From IMG/VR virus record IMGVR_UViG_3300038345_000251, positions 32,001 through 96,000 of that record: a DNA stretch of 64,000 nucleotides. One strand, 5' to 3'. Of this stretch, positions 1-8,868 are shown one piece after another. Below the pieces are notes generated by a model. That model worked only from the letters and a program-made list of their open reading frames with translations, was not told where the DNA came from and searched no databases. The position numbers and the translations under genes are program-made. Numbering within the stretch: the first letter of the stretch is position 1; each line of letters opens with the position of its first letter. Origin of the DNA: a virus. Taxonomy: Duplodnaviria > Heunggongvirae > Uroviricota > Caudoviricetes.

Positions 1-524
1 ATTTCTATTGCATCATTACCATAGAGTTTAAATATTTTAACTGCATATAATGTACTGATGTCGAATGATTTAAGGAACACCATAATATCGAACATGTGTT
101 TTTGTTCATTCCAAGATTGTACTAATTCATCAATTTTCTTTTGTCCCAATCGTGGAATTTCCTTTAATCTTTCAGGGTGATTTTCAATAATGTCAGGTGT
201 ATCTTCGCCAAACTTATCCACAATTTTATCAGCGAATCCTGGACCGATACCTTTAATCAAACCACTACCTAAATATTTACGGATTCCGTAAACAGTATCA
301 GGCATAATTTCATTGCAAAGAGTGGACACAAATTGTTTACCATACATATTATGAGTTTTCCAATCACCTTCTACATAGAGAGTTACCCCTGGTAGTGGAT
401 TAGTTGTATTAGCGATAAGAGTAACAGGTTTCTTAATGGTGTCAGGTGTGGCTAACATCACTGTATATCCATTCTCTTCGTTATAGTATATAATTGATTC
501 AACTGTACAATTAAAGTGTTCCAT
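1..524 (-). CDS. recD2: RecD2-like SF1B helicase, N-terminal part (runs off window start)
   Basis: Manual translation from ATG at 524: MEHFNCTVESIIYYNEENGYTV...VEGDWKTHNMYGKQF...YLGSGLIKGIGPGFADKIVDKFGEDT, the typical RecD2 N-terminal/HhH region. Confidence 0.85.
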   Translation of the reverse strand, partial: MEHFNCTVESIIYYNEENGYTVMLATPDTIKKPVTLIANTTNPLPGVTLYVEGDWKTHNMYGKQFVSTLCNEIMPDTVYGIRKYLGSGLIKGIGPGFADKIVDKFGEDTPDIIENHPERLKEIPRLGQKKIDELVQSWNEQKHMFDIMVFLKSFDISTLYAVKIFKLYGNDAIE

Positions 525-1146
525 TTACGTTTTTAATCATTGCTATTTTATTTTCTTGGAGTTTATAGATATTGATTAAGAGCAATAATGAATTTCCATC
601 TTTTTTATTTTCTTTGTCTTGATAATCTTTTATTTTTAAACCACTTCCTTTCACATTATATAATTGATTATTCACTCTAATATATTCTCTAAGTTTGAAC
701 ATATTAATGATGGCATATTTACAAACTTGATTATCTTTGTTTAAAAAGACATAAATTAGAAAGTCACATTCAGAACGTGCAAGACCACCTGGTTTATCGT
801 GTGATGTTATATCATAGACAATGTTACCTGTTTCGGTTATCCGTTTATCTGTTTTGATTTCTATTGCATAAAAATCCTCTGATTCAAGGTTCTTTAATGT
901 ATGGTAACTTAGTCTTTCCTTTATTTCGTTTTGTGTATTTAAATCCTTAATATTAATTTGTTCATCAGTTCTAAATATCAGTGCATCAATATCTTTATCC
1001 TTTTCAAGTTGTGTACCTTTTGTGTCTATATAAACTTTATGTGATAAAAAATGTATAGGGAAGATAGTGTTTAAGAAGAAATCTTCACCGATTTTCCCTA
1101 TATCTGATTGTTCTTTAACTTTATCACTCTTTCTCTTATATCCCAT
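511..1146 (-). CDS. PD-(D/E)XK-type nuclease-like protein
   Basis: GKIGE...DIDAL...IEIKTD motif spacing; likely start MGYKRK at 1146, downstream of a TATATTTG promoter. Confidence 0.55.
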   Translation of the reverse strand: MGYKRKSDKVKEQSDIGKIGEDFFLNTIFPIHFLSHKVYIDTKGTQLEKDKDIDALIFRTDEQINIKDLNTQNEIKERLSYHTLKNLESEDFYAIEIKTDKRITETGNIVYDITSHDKPGGLARSECDFLIYVFLNKDNQVCKYAIINMFKLREYIRVNNQLYNVKGSGLKIKDYQDKENKKDGNSLLLLINIYKLQENKIAMIKNVNGTL

Positions 1147-1259
1147 ATATCTGTTTTTTACAAATATACAAATTTTATATAAGAAAAACAACGAATATAT
1201 AAAACAAAAAAACGCACTTGTGAAAGTGCGTTTTTGATAATAATAAGGATAATATTGAA

Positions 1260-2372
1260 CTACTTAATCTTGCTTTCGATATATTTCTTAGTAAGGAAAT
1301 CGTCATAATCTGCCTTAATAAGTTTAGCAGGTTTAAGTTTACTCTTAAATGTATGATACAAAACCGAATACAAGTTAATCTTCTCTGCAAACTCAACAAA
1401 TTTAGTTTTGTCTGTTTCCATAATATTACACCATCTAAGATAAGGCATATCAGGGTTGTTGAAAATAGCATTAAGATTATTACTATAAATTGGAAGGTAA
1501 ATGTTTGCATCCAAGTTATGCTTCTTACAAACGTGTACACAAAGGTCTAAAGCATACATCAAAAGGTTTGCAACCTTAAGGTTTCGTACCCTATTATATC
1601 TACCAGGAAGATGATTCTTCCGATTCTCTTCAGCAATACCGCTTTCAACATAGATTGTACCAGCAGTGCTCAAAAAACTTCTATAAAAATCAGCATAATA
1701 GGTATAATATGGCTGAAGGGTAAAGTCTTCAGGGTCTGTATCACCCTTAATATACTTATGTGCAAACATATATCCGACAGCAGTATCAAGACTATTTGTC
1801 TCATACTGAAAATCCTTCATTTTGTAAAAAGCGTCAAGTGCTTCTCCGTCAGTCATACGAAGTTTAGCAGCAACTTTATCACCAGCACTCCAACTAGTTC
1901 TAGGAACACCACCGTTAAAACAATAAGTTAATTCCGCAATTCTATCATATGTCATTTCACCTTCATAGGTACACGTGAACTTTTCTGGAATTAAATAAGA
2001 TTTCTTTGAATCAGCCTTAAGGCGTTTAACACTTTCCTTGGCAGATTGTCCATCAATGATATAGAACTTGCCATCATCAGAACAAAGAGCAAATGAGAAC
2101 GGACGCAAATCATCATCCCATCCTTTCTTGACAATTGATTTCATCGTCTTCTTAACACGTGTCTCAAAGACTTTGTGTTCAAGTTCGTGATAAACATTCT
2201 TCTTATCATTATCAGAAGAAATACCACATCTTTGACCCCTTGAATGCAACAGCATATTAATTTCGTCAAAGTTAAGTTTAACAAATTGTTTTTGGTCTTT
2301 CGTTTTCTTAATTTCATCGAAAACAGTAGTAACAGTTGTGTTACTGGAATTAGTAAAGTTTTTGGTTTCCAT
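1260..2372 (-). CDS. ParB/Srx-like N-terminal domain protein
   Basis: IVKKGW...FYIIDGQS resembles the ParB-like DGQH motif. Confidence 0.5.
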   Translation of the reverse strand: METKNFTNSSNTTVTTVFDEIKKTKDQKQFVKLNFDEINMLLHSRGQRCGISSDNDKKNVYHELEHKVFETRVKKTMKSIVKKGWDDDLRPFSFALCSDDGKFYIIDGQSAKESVKRLKADSKKSYLIPEKFTCTYEGEMTYDRIAELTYCFNGGVPRTSWSAGDKVAAKLRMTDGEALDAFYKMKDFQYETNSLDTAVGYMFAHKYIKGDTDPEDFTLQPYYTYYADFYRSFLSTAGTIYVESGIAEENRKNHLPGRYNRVRNLKVANLLMYALDLCVHVCKKHNLDANIYLPIYSNNLNAIFNNPDMPYLRWCNIMETDKTKFVEFAEKINLYSVLYHTFKSKLKPAKLIKADYDDFLTKKYIESKIK

Positions 2373-2548
2373 AAATTTTAAATATTAATTAAGTTTTGTT
2401 AAATTTCAAATTTCACTACAAAGGTATAAACAATTTTTCTAATTTCCAAATTTATTTTACATTTTTTTCATTTAACTTTTCAGTTGGTGTATATGGCAAA
2501 TACCGTGCCAAAAAAATATGAGTAGATTTATTTAACCTACTCATATTC

Positions 2549-3439
2549 CTAATATATTTCAAGAATGTTAACGATTTTATCAGGTGGAATATTATCATAG
2601 GTATAATATGCAGTACCTTCTCTTTCATCATGATAAAGTTTTAATCCATCACAGTTAATTTCAAGTACAATCATATCCTGTAAGTTTTGTCCAACCATAT
2701 TTTTTATTTCATCTATATCAGTTCCGAGATATATTCTTTCTGGAAAATTACCTCTTGATTTAGGTATTAATCCATACTTTAATATTCTTTTTAAAAAAGA
2801 CTTATCTGTTGCATGATAAAATATTTCACCTGATTTTTGTTTATAACGTTTGCCATATTTTGCTTCAATGATTATACTGAAACTAATTATTGGTGTTTCA
2901 GAAAGATATTTATCAAATTCAATATCGTCTTTAAATAAAGAATCTTTAGATTGAAATGTATCGTTGAATTTATAGAATACTTTTGGTATATATCCATTTT
3001 TGTTTTCTTCTCTAATATCAATTTCTGAAACAAACCAACCTAATAATGTTTCTACTGTCTTGATGATTTCTCTGTAATTAGAAAAATCTTTTCCTAAATC
3101 AATTGCTACAAAATCGTTTTTCTTTGTTGTTGTGTTTCTTTTATATGGATTAAATCTTAAACTTCTGATTTTGATAATATTAGGAAATTTTTTCTTTAAA
3201 TATATTGCTGACTTATTTATATCATAAGACATTATAAGACCTTCATTAAGATTTTCAAATAAGAATTCTTGTTTAGTGTCAGTTCCATAAGATATTATGG
3301 AATCGTTATCTTCAGTTGTCAATAATAGTTCTTTAAAATATCTTTGTCTTTTGGTTGGTTCATAAAAAAATGGTTTAAGAACCTCTGTTATGAGGTTCTT
3401 AAAACCATTCTCATTAATTTTAATAATCTTTTCTTTCAT
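2549..3439 (-). CDS. Tpt1/KptA-like ADP-ribosyltransferase-fold protein with head-type leader
   Basis: C-terminal FYHAT...ILKYGLIP...IYLG...VLEI...NIPPDKI; N-terminal IIKINENGFKNLITE leader. Confidence 0.6.
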   Translation of the reverse strand: MKEKIIKINENGFKNLITEVLKPFFYEPTKRQRYFKELLLTTEDNDSIISYGTDTKQEFLFENLNEGLIMSYDINKSAIYLKKKFPNIIKIRSLRFNPYKRNTTTKKNDFVAIDLGKDFSNYREIIKTVETLLGWFVSEIDIREENKNGYIPKVFYKFNDTFQSKDSLFKDDIEFDKYLSETPIISFSIIIEAKYGKRYKQKSGEIFYHATDKSFLKRILKYGLIPKSRGNFPERIYLGTDIDEIKNMVGQNLQDMIVLEINCDGLKLYHDEREGTAYYTYDNIPPDKIVNILEIY

Positions 3440-3441
3440 TT

Positions 3442-5442
3442 TTATGGCTCTACTGTTTTTATTTTTCTTGGTCTTCCTCTTCCACGTTTAACTTCTACCA
3501 CAGGTTCATTCATCTTTGCCACTTCTTCGTTAGTATATACAAAAGGTAAATCATCAACTTGTGTACAACTTGTATTAAGTTCACCCTCTGTTGTAGATAC
3601 TGAAATACTACTATTTTCATCTACCTTAAGTGTATAATCAGCTTGTGCAGTTATTGTTTCATTTGGGTTAATCACTGTTTCAGCATGGTCAGTACTAATA
3701 GGTAAGTCACTAATATGTTGTTTAATGTCTTCTTGGATTTCTTTAGTTACACCAAGTTCTTCCCATTTCTTTTCTGCTTCCAACCTTCTTGCTTCTTCCA
3801 TTTCAGCCTTAGTTCTTCTCTTACGTTTAGGTTTAACTTCTTCCTTCTTAACAAAATCCTGTTCCCTTAATTCAACAAACTGAATAGGATGTCTCTTTTC
3901 AGGTTCTTCAACCTTTTTCTGTTTCTCTTCTCTTGCTTTCCTATTGGTTTCGACAATTACATCAGGTAGTCTTTTCATATTAGGAAAATAGTCAACAACA
4001 GTACTGATGATGCGTTCCTTAAGTTCATCTGAAGCGATTACATCATCAATAGATATTTTTTGAAGAATACAGTTAAAGTCATTAGTAATTACATCATAAA
4101 CGATTTCCTTTACACTATCTTTAAATGTAACAGATGTATTGTCAATACTTAGTTCAGTTGGTTTATCTATAGGTGCAGTAATACTTTGATTGTCATAGTC
4201 AATTACATTAATTTGAGTACATTCATTAGGTACTTGTGATGGTTGATGATTTTCAGGTACAAATATTGTATCACCTTCAATATCTTGATAATTTTCAGGT
4301 ACAGGTGTTGTGTCACCGTTAATATCTTGATACCCTTCAGGTACAAGTATCGTATCAGCAAGTTTTTCCATGTTAGGAAGTACATTTTCGATAACATCTT
4401 CTTGTTCAGTGATTTTTTTAACCCTATTTTCATTGGTTTTGGTAACGAAGTTAAATTGAAGGGTTTTAAGAGTACCATAAGTTTGTTCATCAAAATATTG
4501 GTTGAGTTTTTCGATAAGTTCATTCCAAAGTTTTGATTTCTTTTCAAATTCCTTATCTTCAGAAGTGCTATATTGTATTTCCACTTCATCACCGTCTTCT
4601 GTTTCTATGTTAGTTGTTTCAAGTTCGGTATTTACTTGTCCATCATATTTAGCAACACGTTCAAGAGATTTTTCATAGTATTCAGTATTCTTTTCAAAAC
4701 CTAAATAATTACGTTTATTAAGTTTTGCCATTTTAGCAGTTGTACCACTACCCATGAAAGGGTCAAGAACCAAGTTACCTTCTACTGACCAAGAGAGAAT
4801 ATGGTCTTGTGCAAGCAATTCAGGAAATACAGCAGGATGTCCTGTTTTATCATTAAATGATACACTATATCTCCATATATTATTTCTATAACTATATTCT
4901 TTTATAACAGGTTGATTTTTCTTAACTTCTACAAGGTTTCCATCAACATCATATGTGGTATTTTTACCCCATTTAGCCCAACCAGCCCATTTGTTACGTT
5001 TATCCGCAATAAGTGTAATATCTTTTCTGATTTCACCTTTAACAAAGACAAACATATATTCAAATATTTGAGAATAACGTTTGGCATTCTTACCAGCTGG
5101 TCTTGATGAACCGTTTTTCTCATAAATCATTGTATCGTGAAGTTTAAACCCAATTTCTTTGAAATATTGTGCTTGTCTGAATGATGTGCCTGTTTCATCA
5201 CCATTAATAGTTGCATCACCAACAACCCATACAACAACACACCCAGGTTTAGTTACTCTATATAATTCTCTTGCAATAGGTTTAAATATTTCAAAATCCC
5301 ATCTAAATTCATCACCTTCTTGATAGGTTCTAAGATTGTCATAAGGTGGACTTGTAACAGTCAAATCAACTGAATTATCAGGAAGTAATTTAAGACCATC
5401 TATACAATCCATGTTGTAAATTTTATTAATCTCTAATTCCAT
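3442..5442 (-). CDS. DNA N4/N6 methyltransferase (beta class) with long acidic extension and C-terminal AT-hook
   Basis: VTSPPY catalytic motif, HPAVFP, DPFMGSGTT SAM motif in the first ~265 aa; C-terminal KRGRGRPRK. Confidence 0.85.
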   Translation of the reverse strand: MELEINKIYNMDCIDGLKLLPDNSVDLTVTSPPYDNLRTYQEGDEFRWDFEIFKPIARELYRVTKPGCVVVWVVGDATINGDETGTSFRQAQYFKEIGFKLHDTMIYEKNGSSRPAGKNAKRYSQIFEYMFVFVKGEIRKDITLIADKRNKWAGWAKWGKNTTYDVDGNLVEVKKNQPVIKEYSYRNNIWRYSVSFNDKTGHPAVFPELLAQDHILSWSVEGNLVLDPFMGSGTTAKMAKLNKRNYLGFEKNTEYYEKSLERVAKYDGQVNTELETTNIETEDGDEVEIQYSTSEDKEFEKKSKLWNELIEKLNQYFDEQTYGTLKTLQFNFVTKTNENRVKKITEQEDVIENVLPNMEKLADTILVPEGYQDINGDTTPVPENYQDIEGDTIFVPENHQPSQVPNECTQINVIDYDNQSITAPIDKPTELSIDNTSVTFKDSVKEIVYDVITNDFNCILQKISIDDVIASDELKERIISTVVDYFPNMKRLPDVIVETNRKAREEKQKKVEEPEKRHPIQFVELREQDFVKKEEVKPKRKRRTKAEMEEARRLEAEKKWEELGVTKEIQEDIKQHISDLPISTDHAETVINPNETITAQADYTLKVDENSSISVSTTEGELNTSCTQVDDLPFVYTNEEVAKMNEPVVEVKRGRGRPRKIKTVEP
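4243..4345 (-). repeat. 42-bp coding tandem repeat (VPExYQDIxGDT) in methyltransferase extension
   Basis: VPEGYQDINGDTTP / VPENYQDIEGDTIF / VPENHQ. Confidence 0.7.
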
Positions 5443-5474
5443 TTCAATATACTTTATTCAAAAATTATTTTTTA

Positions 5475-5482
5475 CAAATGTA
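5475..5482 (-). promoter_or_regulatory. Representative Bacteroidota -7 promoter (TAnnTTTG)
   Basis: TACATTTG here; TATATTTG/TACCTTTG also at ~1161, ~2419, ~32406, ~45572 and ~47991 ahead of non-structural genes. Confidence 0.65.
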
Positions 5483-5506
5483 CAAATTTAAATCCAGATT
5501 TTCAAA

Positions 5507-5516
5507 CTATTTATAG
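5507..5516 (+). promoter_or_regulatory. Representative phage late-type promoter motif ACTATTTAT(A)
   Basis: Recurs shortly upstream of >20 structural/cargo genes and the ncRNAs on both strands. Confidence 0.7.
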
Positions 5517-5532
5517 AAAAATATTTTAGAAT

Positions 5533-8526
5533 ATGTACAAAGTTTATAATAAGAGAAGTAACGAAGTTATTAACGGTAAAGCCAAGTTACCAACACCTGA
5601 ACAATTAGAATATGGTGAACTTGCAATTAACTATGCAAAGGGTAAGGAAACATTGGCTATTAAAAATGATGAAGATGAAATCGTAAAGTTACCATTTACT
5701 GGCGGTAGTGGTGAAAGTGGTATTTTTGCTTACAGGGATGAAAATCATGAAGACGATGGAATATTCCCTGATAAACAGACATTATACGATTCTTTAAGAG
5801 ACCATATTAAAAGAGGTGAAAACCTTTTTGAACCAGAAGAAGGAAAGATGTGTGTTGCTTTTGTAAAGAATGATTGGGATGAAAGTATTTCTACATATCC
5901 TATTATAAATCCTGAACCTTCATACGATAGTATTGTTGACCCTGAAAAAACAAAAAGAACTAATGAGATTAAATCACATAGATTACCTTATAATGGTGAT
6001 AAGATAGTTGTTAGAAGACATTTATTCCATCAACCTATGGTACATCTTCCATATTATTTTCAAGATTGTCTTTGTGTGTTTAGGAAAAGTTTTGAAGAAC
6101 CTAGTCAAACTCGTACATTTAAATATAATTCAAGTTTGTTAGAATTTAAAGATGTTATAACAAATGGTTATAATGATTTAGTTGATGTAGAAGTATATGA
6201 TATTGATGAAAATGGCTGTGATAAAGAACTTGTTTTAACAAGAAATGATGGTGAATCTTATCGTTTTTGGGCTATGGTTCGTTTTGACATGTATGATAAA
6301 AATGTTTTTGAAGCAATAAATCGTATTTATGATGATAATGATGGATGTTATGTTTTAAACGAAAACACAATTAAACTTGAATGTATTTGTCACGATTTTT
6401 ATAGAAGTAGAACAACTCTTAGTCCATATTTGAAATTAGAATGGGGAAATTACACAAGCGGTGGTGGTGATGTAACACCTTATAATTTTGATGAGAATAA
6501 ACCTAAACTTATTAACATAAGACCAAGTTTATGGAAAGGTATTATTGAAAATCTTGATGAAAAAATATATCCTAATAGAGAACCTGAAAGATATAACATG
6601 TTTATTAAAAATGTTTTTGGTGACGGACAATCTAATTGGCCTAAACCAAGATATAGAGTAAGAAGTAAGATACGTAACTATATACCTGTCTATGGATATT
6701 TTGATAATAGACGAAAAATGGTATGTATTTATCCTGAACTTAGTGGTGATAAATTAATTATACATTATAATAAAGATGCTTTTCTTTATACAGGTGCTGA
6801 TTTATCAAACGAATATTTATATGTTAGTTTTACACGTAAGTTTTACGGAAATCGTTATATGAATATAGGTATTAGAATATATCTTGATACTTTAGATAGA
6901 AATAACTATTATACTATATTTGAAGCGTCTGATTTTTCTGAATTTGATGATGTTAACGGTGGCTTTTTGGGATATGATATAAATAATACTGAAACAAAAT
7001 GTTATACTGAATCAGATGTATATTCAAAATATTTTGGAACGTTAACACAATTTAAAGAAAGTAGAACCAATCGTTGGGAACATAAACTCAGTGGATGGCA
7101 TTGGTGTAATAGTAGGAAAGAATATCAAATCATTGATGGAACTGGAAGGTATCACGGTAATAAATCATATTCATTAATGCTTTATAAGAAACATAGAGGT
7201 GTTGTATCTATACATCCTTGTCATGTATCAATTATTAGAACAAACAAAAAAAACGTAGTTGATGATGCTGATTATTTGACATTTGATATTACAAATGGTG
7301 GTACAATCAATTGGAAACATAGTGGTAGTACCAATAGAGATTTATATTATAGAATTTCTTCTGATGGCGGTGAAAGTTATGGCGATTGGAATTTAATTAG
7401 TTCTGATGAAGATAGCAGTTTTAATGTTGATTCAAATGACAAAGTTCAATTTAAAGGAAATTTTCAAAATTATCCTACTCAAAATGATTCTAACTATTCA
7501 ACGTTTAGTGGTTCGACAGCAACGTTTAACGTTAGTGGTAACATAATGAGTATTATGAAAGAAGAAAATTTTGATAATTTGGAACTTACACAACCGTATG
7601 CCTTTTTCCAATTATTTGCTTGCACAAATGTTGCTGATGCTAGTGAAATGAAAATGCCTAATACAGTATCACAAGCATGTTGTGGTTTTATGTTTAGAGA
7701 GTGTAGGCTGTTAGAACATGGACCAAAATTACCAGCCGAAGAGTTAGTACAGGCATGTTATTGGGCAATGTTCATTAATTGTTCAAGATTACAAGAAGGT
7801 GTAGAAATGTCAGCAGTAAATATGGCATATCAAAGTTGTATTTATATGTATGCTTATTGTGGTTCATTGACAACTTTACCTGAATTACCTGCAACTAATT
7901 TAGGATATGGTTGTTATGCAAGAATGTTCCAAGCCTGTAATTCATTAACATCAATTCCAAGTGGTTATTTACCTTCAACAACTTTGGCTGAAGATTGTTA
8001 TACTGGAATGTTTTCTGACTGTTTTAATTTAACTTCAATACCAAGTGATTTATTACCAGCAACTACATTAAAACAGTCTTGTTATGTCTCTATGTTTGAA
8101 AACTGTTTTTCATTAACAAATGTTCCTAATTTACCTGCAACAGATTTATCAGGAGCAAATAGTTGTTATCAATGTATGTTCCAAAATTGTAGAAGTCTTA
8201 CAGGTATACCAACTGATTTGTTACCAGCAACAACATTGGCACAGAGTTGTTATAGTTCTATGTTCTATGGTTGTTCAAGTTTAGCCACAGCACCTGAATT
8301 ACCAGCTACTACTTTAGCAAATTATTGTTATCGTCAGATGTTTTATAATACTAATATTAATTACATTAAATGTTTAGCAACTGATATAAGTGCAAATCAA
8401 TGTACAAGCGATTGGGTTAATGGTGTTCAGACAACATCAGGTACATTTGTCAAGAATCCTGATATGAATGATTGGACAACAGGTACATCAGGTATTCCTG
8501 AGAATTGGAATGTACAGATAAATTAA
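5533..8526 (+). CDS. Fibre-anchored paralog A: GELAIN anchor + unknown basic domain + BspA-like LRR C-terminus
   Basis: N-terminus near-identical to 8869 and 10994; shared EPSYDSIVDP, PYYFQD, TLSPYLK, LYKKHRG motifs; C-terminal LPATTL..CY..MF..C repeats. Confidence 0.65.
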   Translation: MYKVYNKRSNEVINGKAKLPTPEQLEYGELAINYAKGKETLAIKNDEDEIVKLPFTGGSGESGIFAYRDENHEDDGIFPDKQTLYDSLRDHIKRGENLFEPEEGKMCVAFVKNDWDESISTYPIINPEPSYDSIVDPEKTKRTNEIKSHRLPYNGDKIVVRRHLFHQPMVHLPYYFQDCLCVFRKSFEEPSQTRTFKYNSSLLEFKDVITNGYNDLVDVEVYDIDENGCDKELVLTRNDGESYRFWAMVRFDMYDKNVFEAINRIYDDNDGCYVLNENTIKLECICHDFYRSRTTLSPYLKLEWGNYTSGGGDVTPYNFDENKPKLINIRPSLWKGIIENLDEKIYPNREPERYNMFIKNVFGDGQSNWPKPRYRVRSKIRNYIPVYGYFDNRRKMVCIYPELSGDKLIIHYNKDAFLYTGADLSNEYLYVSFTRKFYGNRYMNIGIRIYLDTLDRNNYYTIFEASDFSEFDDVNGGFLGYDINNTETKCYTESDVYSKYFGTLTQFKESRTNRWEHKLSGWHWCNSRKEYQIIDGTGRYHGNKSYSLMLYKKHRGVVSIHPCHVSIIRTNKKNVVDDADYLTFDITNGGTINWKHSGSTNRDLYYRISSDGGESYGDWNLISSDEDSSFNVDSNDKVQFKGNFQNYPTQNDSNYSTFSGSTATFNVSGNIMSIMKEENFDNLELTQPYAFFQLFACTNVADASEMKMPNTVSQACCGFMFRECRLLEHGPKLPAEELVQACYWAMFINCSRLQEGVEMSAVNMAYQSCIYMYAYCGSLTTLPELPATNLGYGCYARMFQACNSLTSIPSGYLPSTTLAEDCYTGMFSDCFNLTSIPSDLLPATTLKQSCYVSMFENCFSLTNVPNLPATDLSGANSCYQCMFQNCRSLTGIPTDLLPATTLAQSCYSSMFYGCSSLATAPELPATTLANYCYRQMFYNTNINYIKCLATDISANQCTSDWVNGVQTTSGTFVKNPDMNDWTTGTSGIPENWNVQIN

Positions 8527-8610
8527 AGTTAAGAATTAAATTTAATATAAAAAACTCACTTTTATTTTTTTCAAAAGTGAGTTTTTTTGTTTTTTTATAC
8601 TATTTATTAA

Positions 8611-8745
8611 GTGAAACAGGTCTCTTGTCCCGTGAGTGGACTTTAAAGCTAAGGTGTTTCCAAGTAATGTTCACTTAGGTGGGAGACGATGTTGAAAATA
8701 ATTTTCTCACAATATATAAAACGCATCCATTTGGGTGCGTTTATT
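8611..8745 (+). ncRNA. Hairpin ncRNA cassette 1 (79-nt irregular stem 8615-8693)
   Basis: Own ACTATTTAT promoter (8599); aac/gtt, gtctcttgtc/ggtgggagac and tgagtggac/gttcactta pairings; GAAAAT-N11-AATATATAA; terminator 8719-8742. Confidence 0.7.
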
Positions 8746-8755
8746 TTGTTTATGT

Positions 8756-8814
8756 AGCAGAGTACTGCAAGCCTGTCCCAAGAACCCCACAGTTTTAACT
8801 GTGGGAGTAGTCAG
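8756..8814 (+). mobile_element. Orphan copy of the IS605-type tnpB right end / omegaRNA 3' scaffold
   Basis: 58/59 nt identical to the reverse complement of 16933-16991, including the cccacagtt-tt-aactgtggg hairpin and terminal AGTAGTCAG. Confidence 0.85.
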
Positions 8815-8868
8815 ATGAATTTGTATATTAGAATTTTTCGAACTATTTATAGAAAAATATTTAAGAAT

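Noticed and set aside
8290-8526. DGR variable/template repeat pair with 26761-27003
   Set aside because: Differences include many synonymous non-adenine changes and an indel, both copies are coding, and there is no reverse transcriptase in the window
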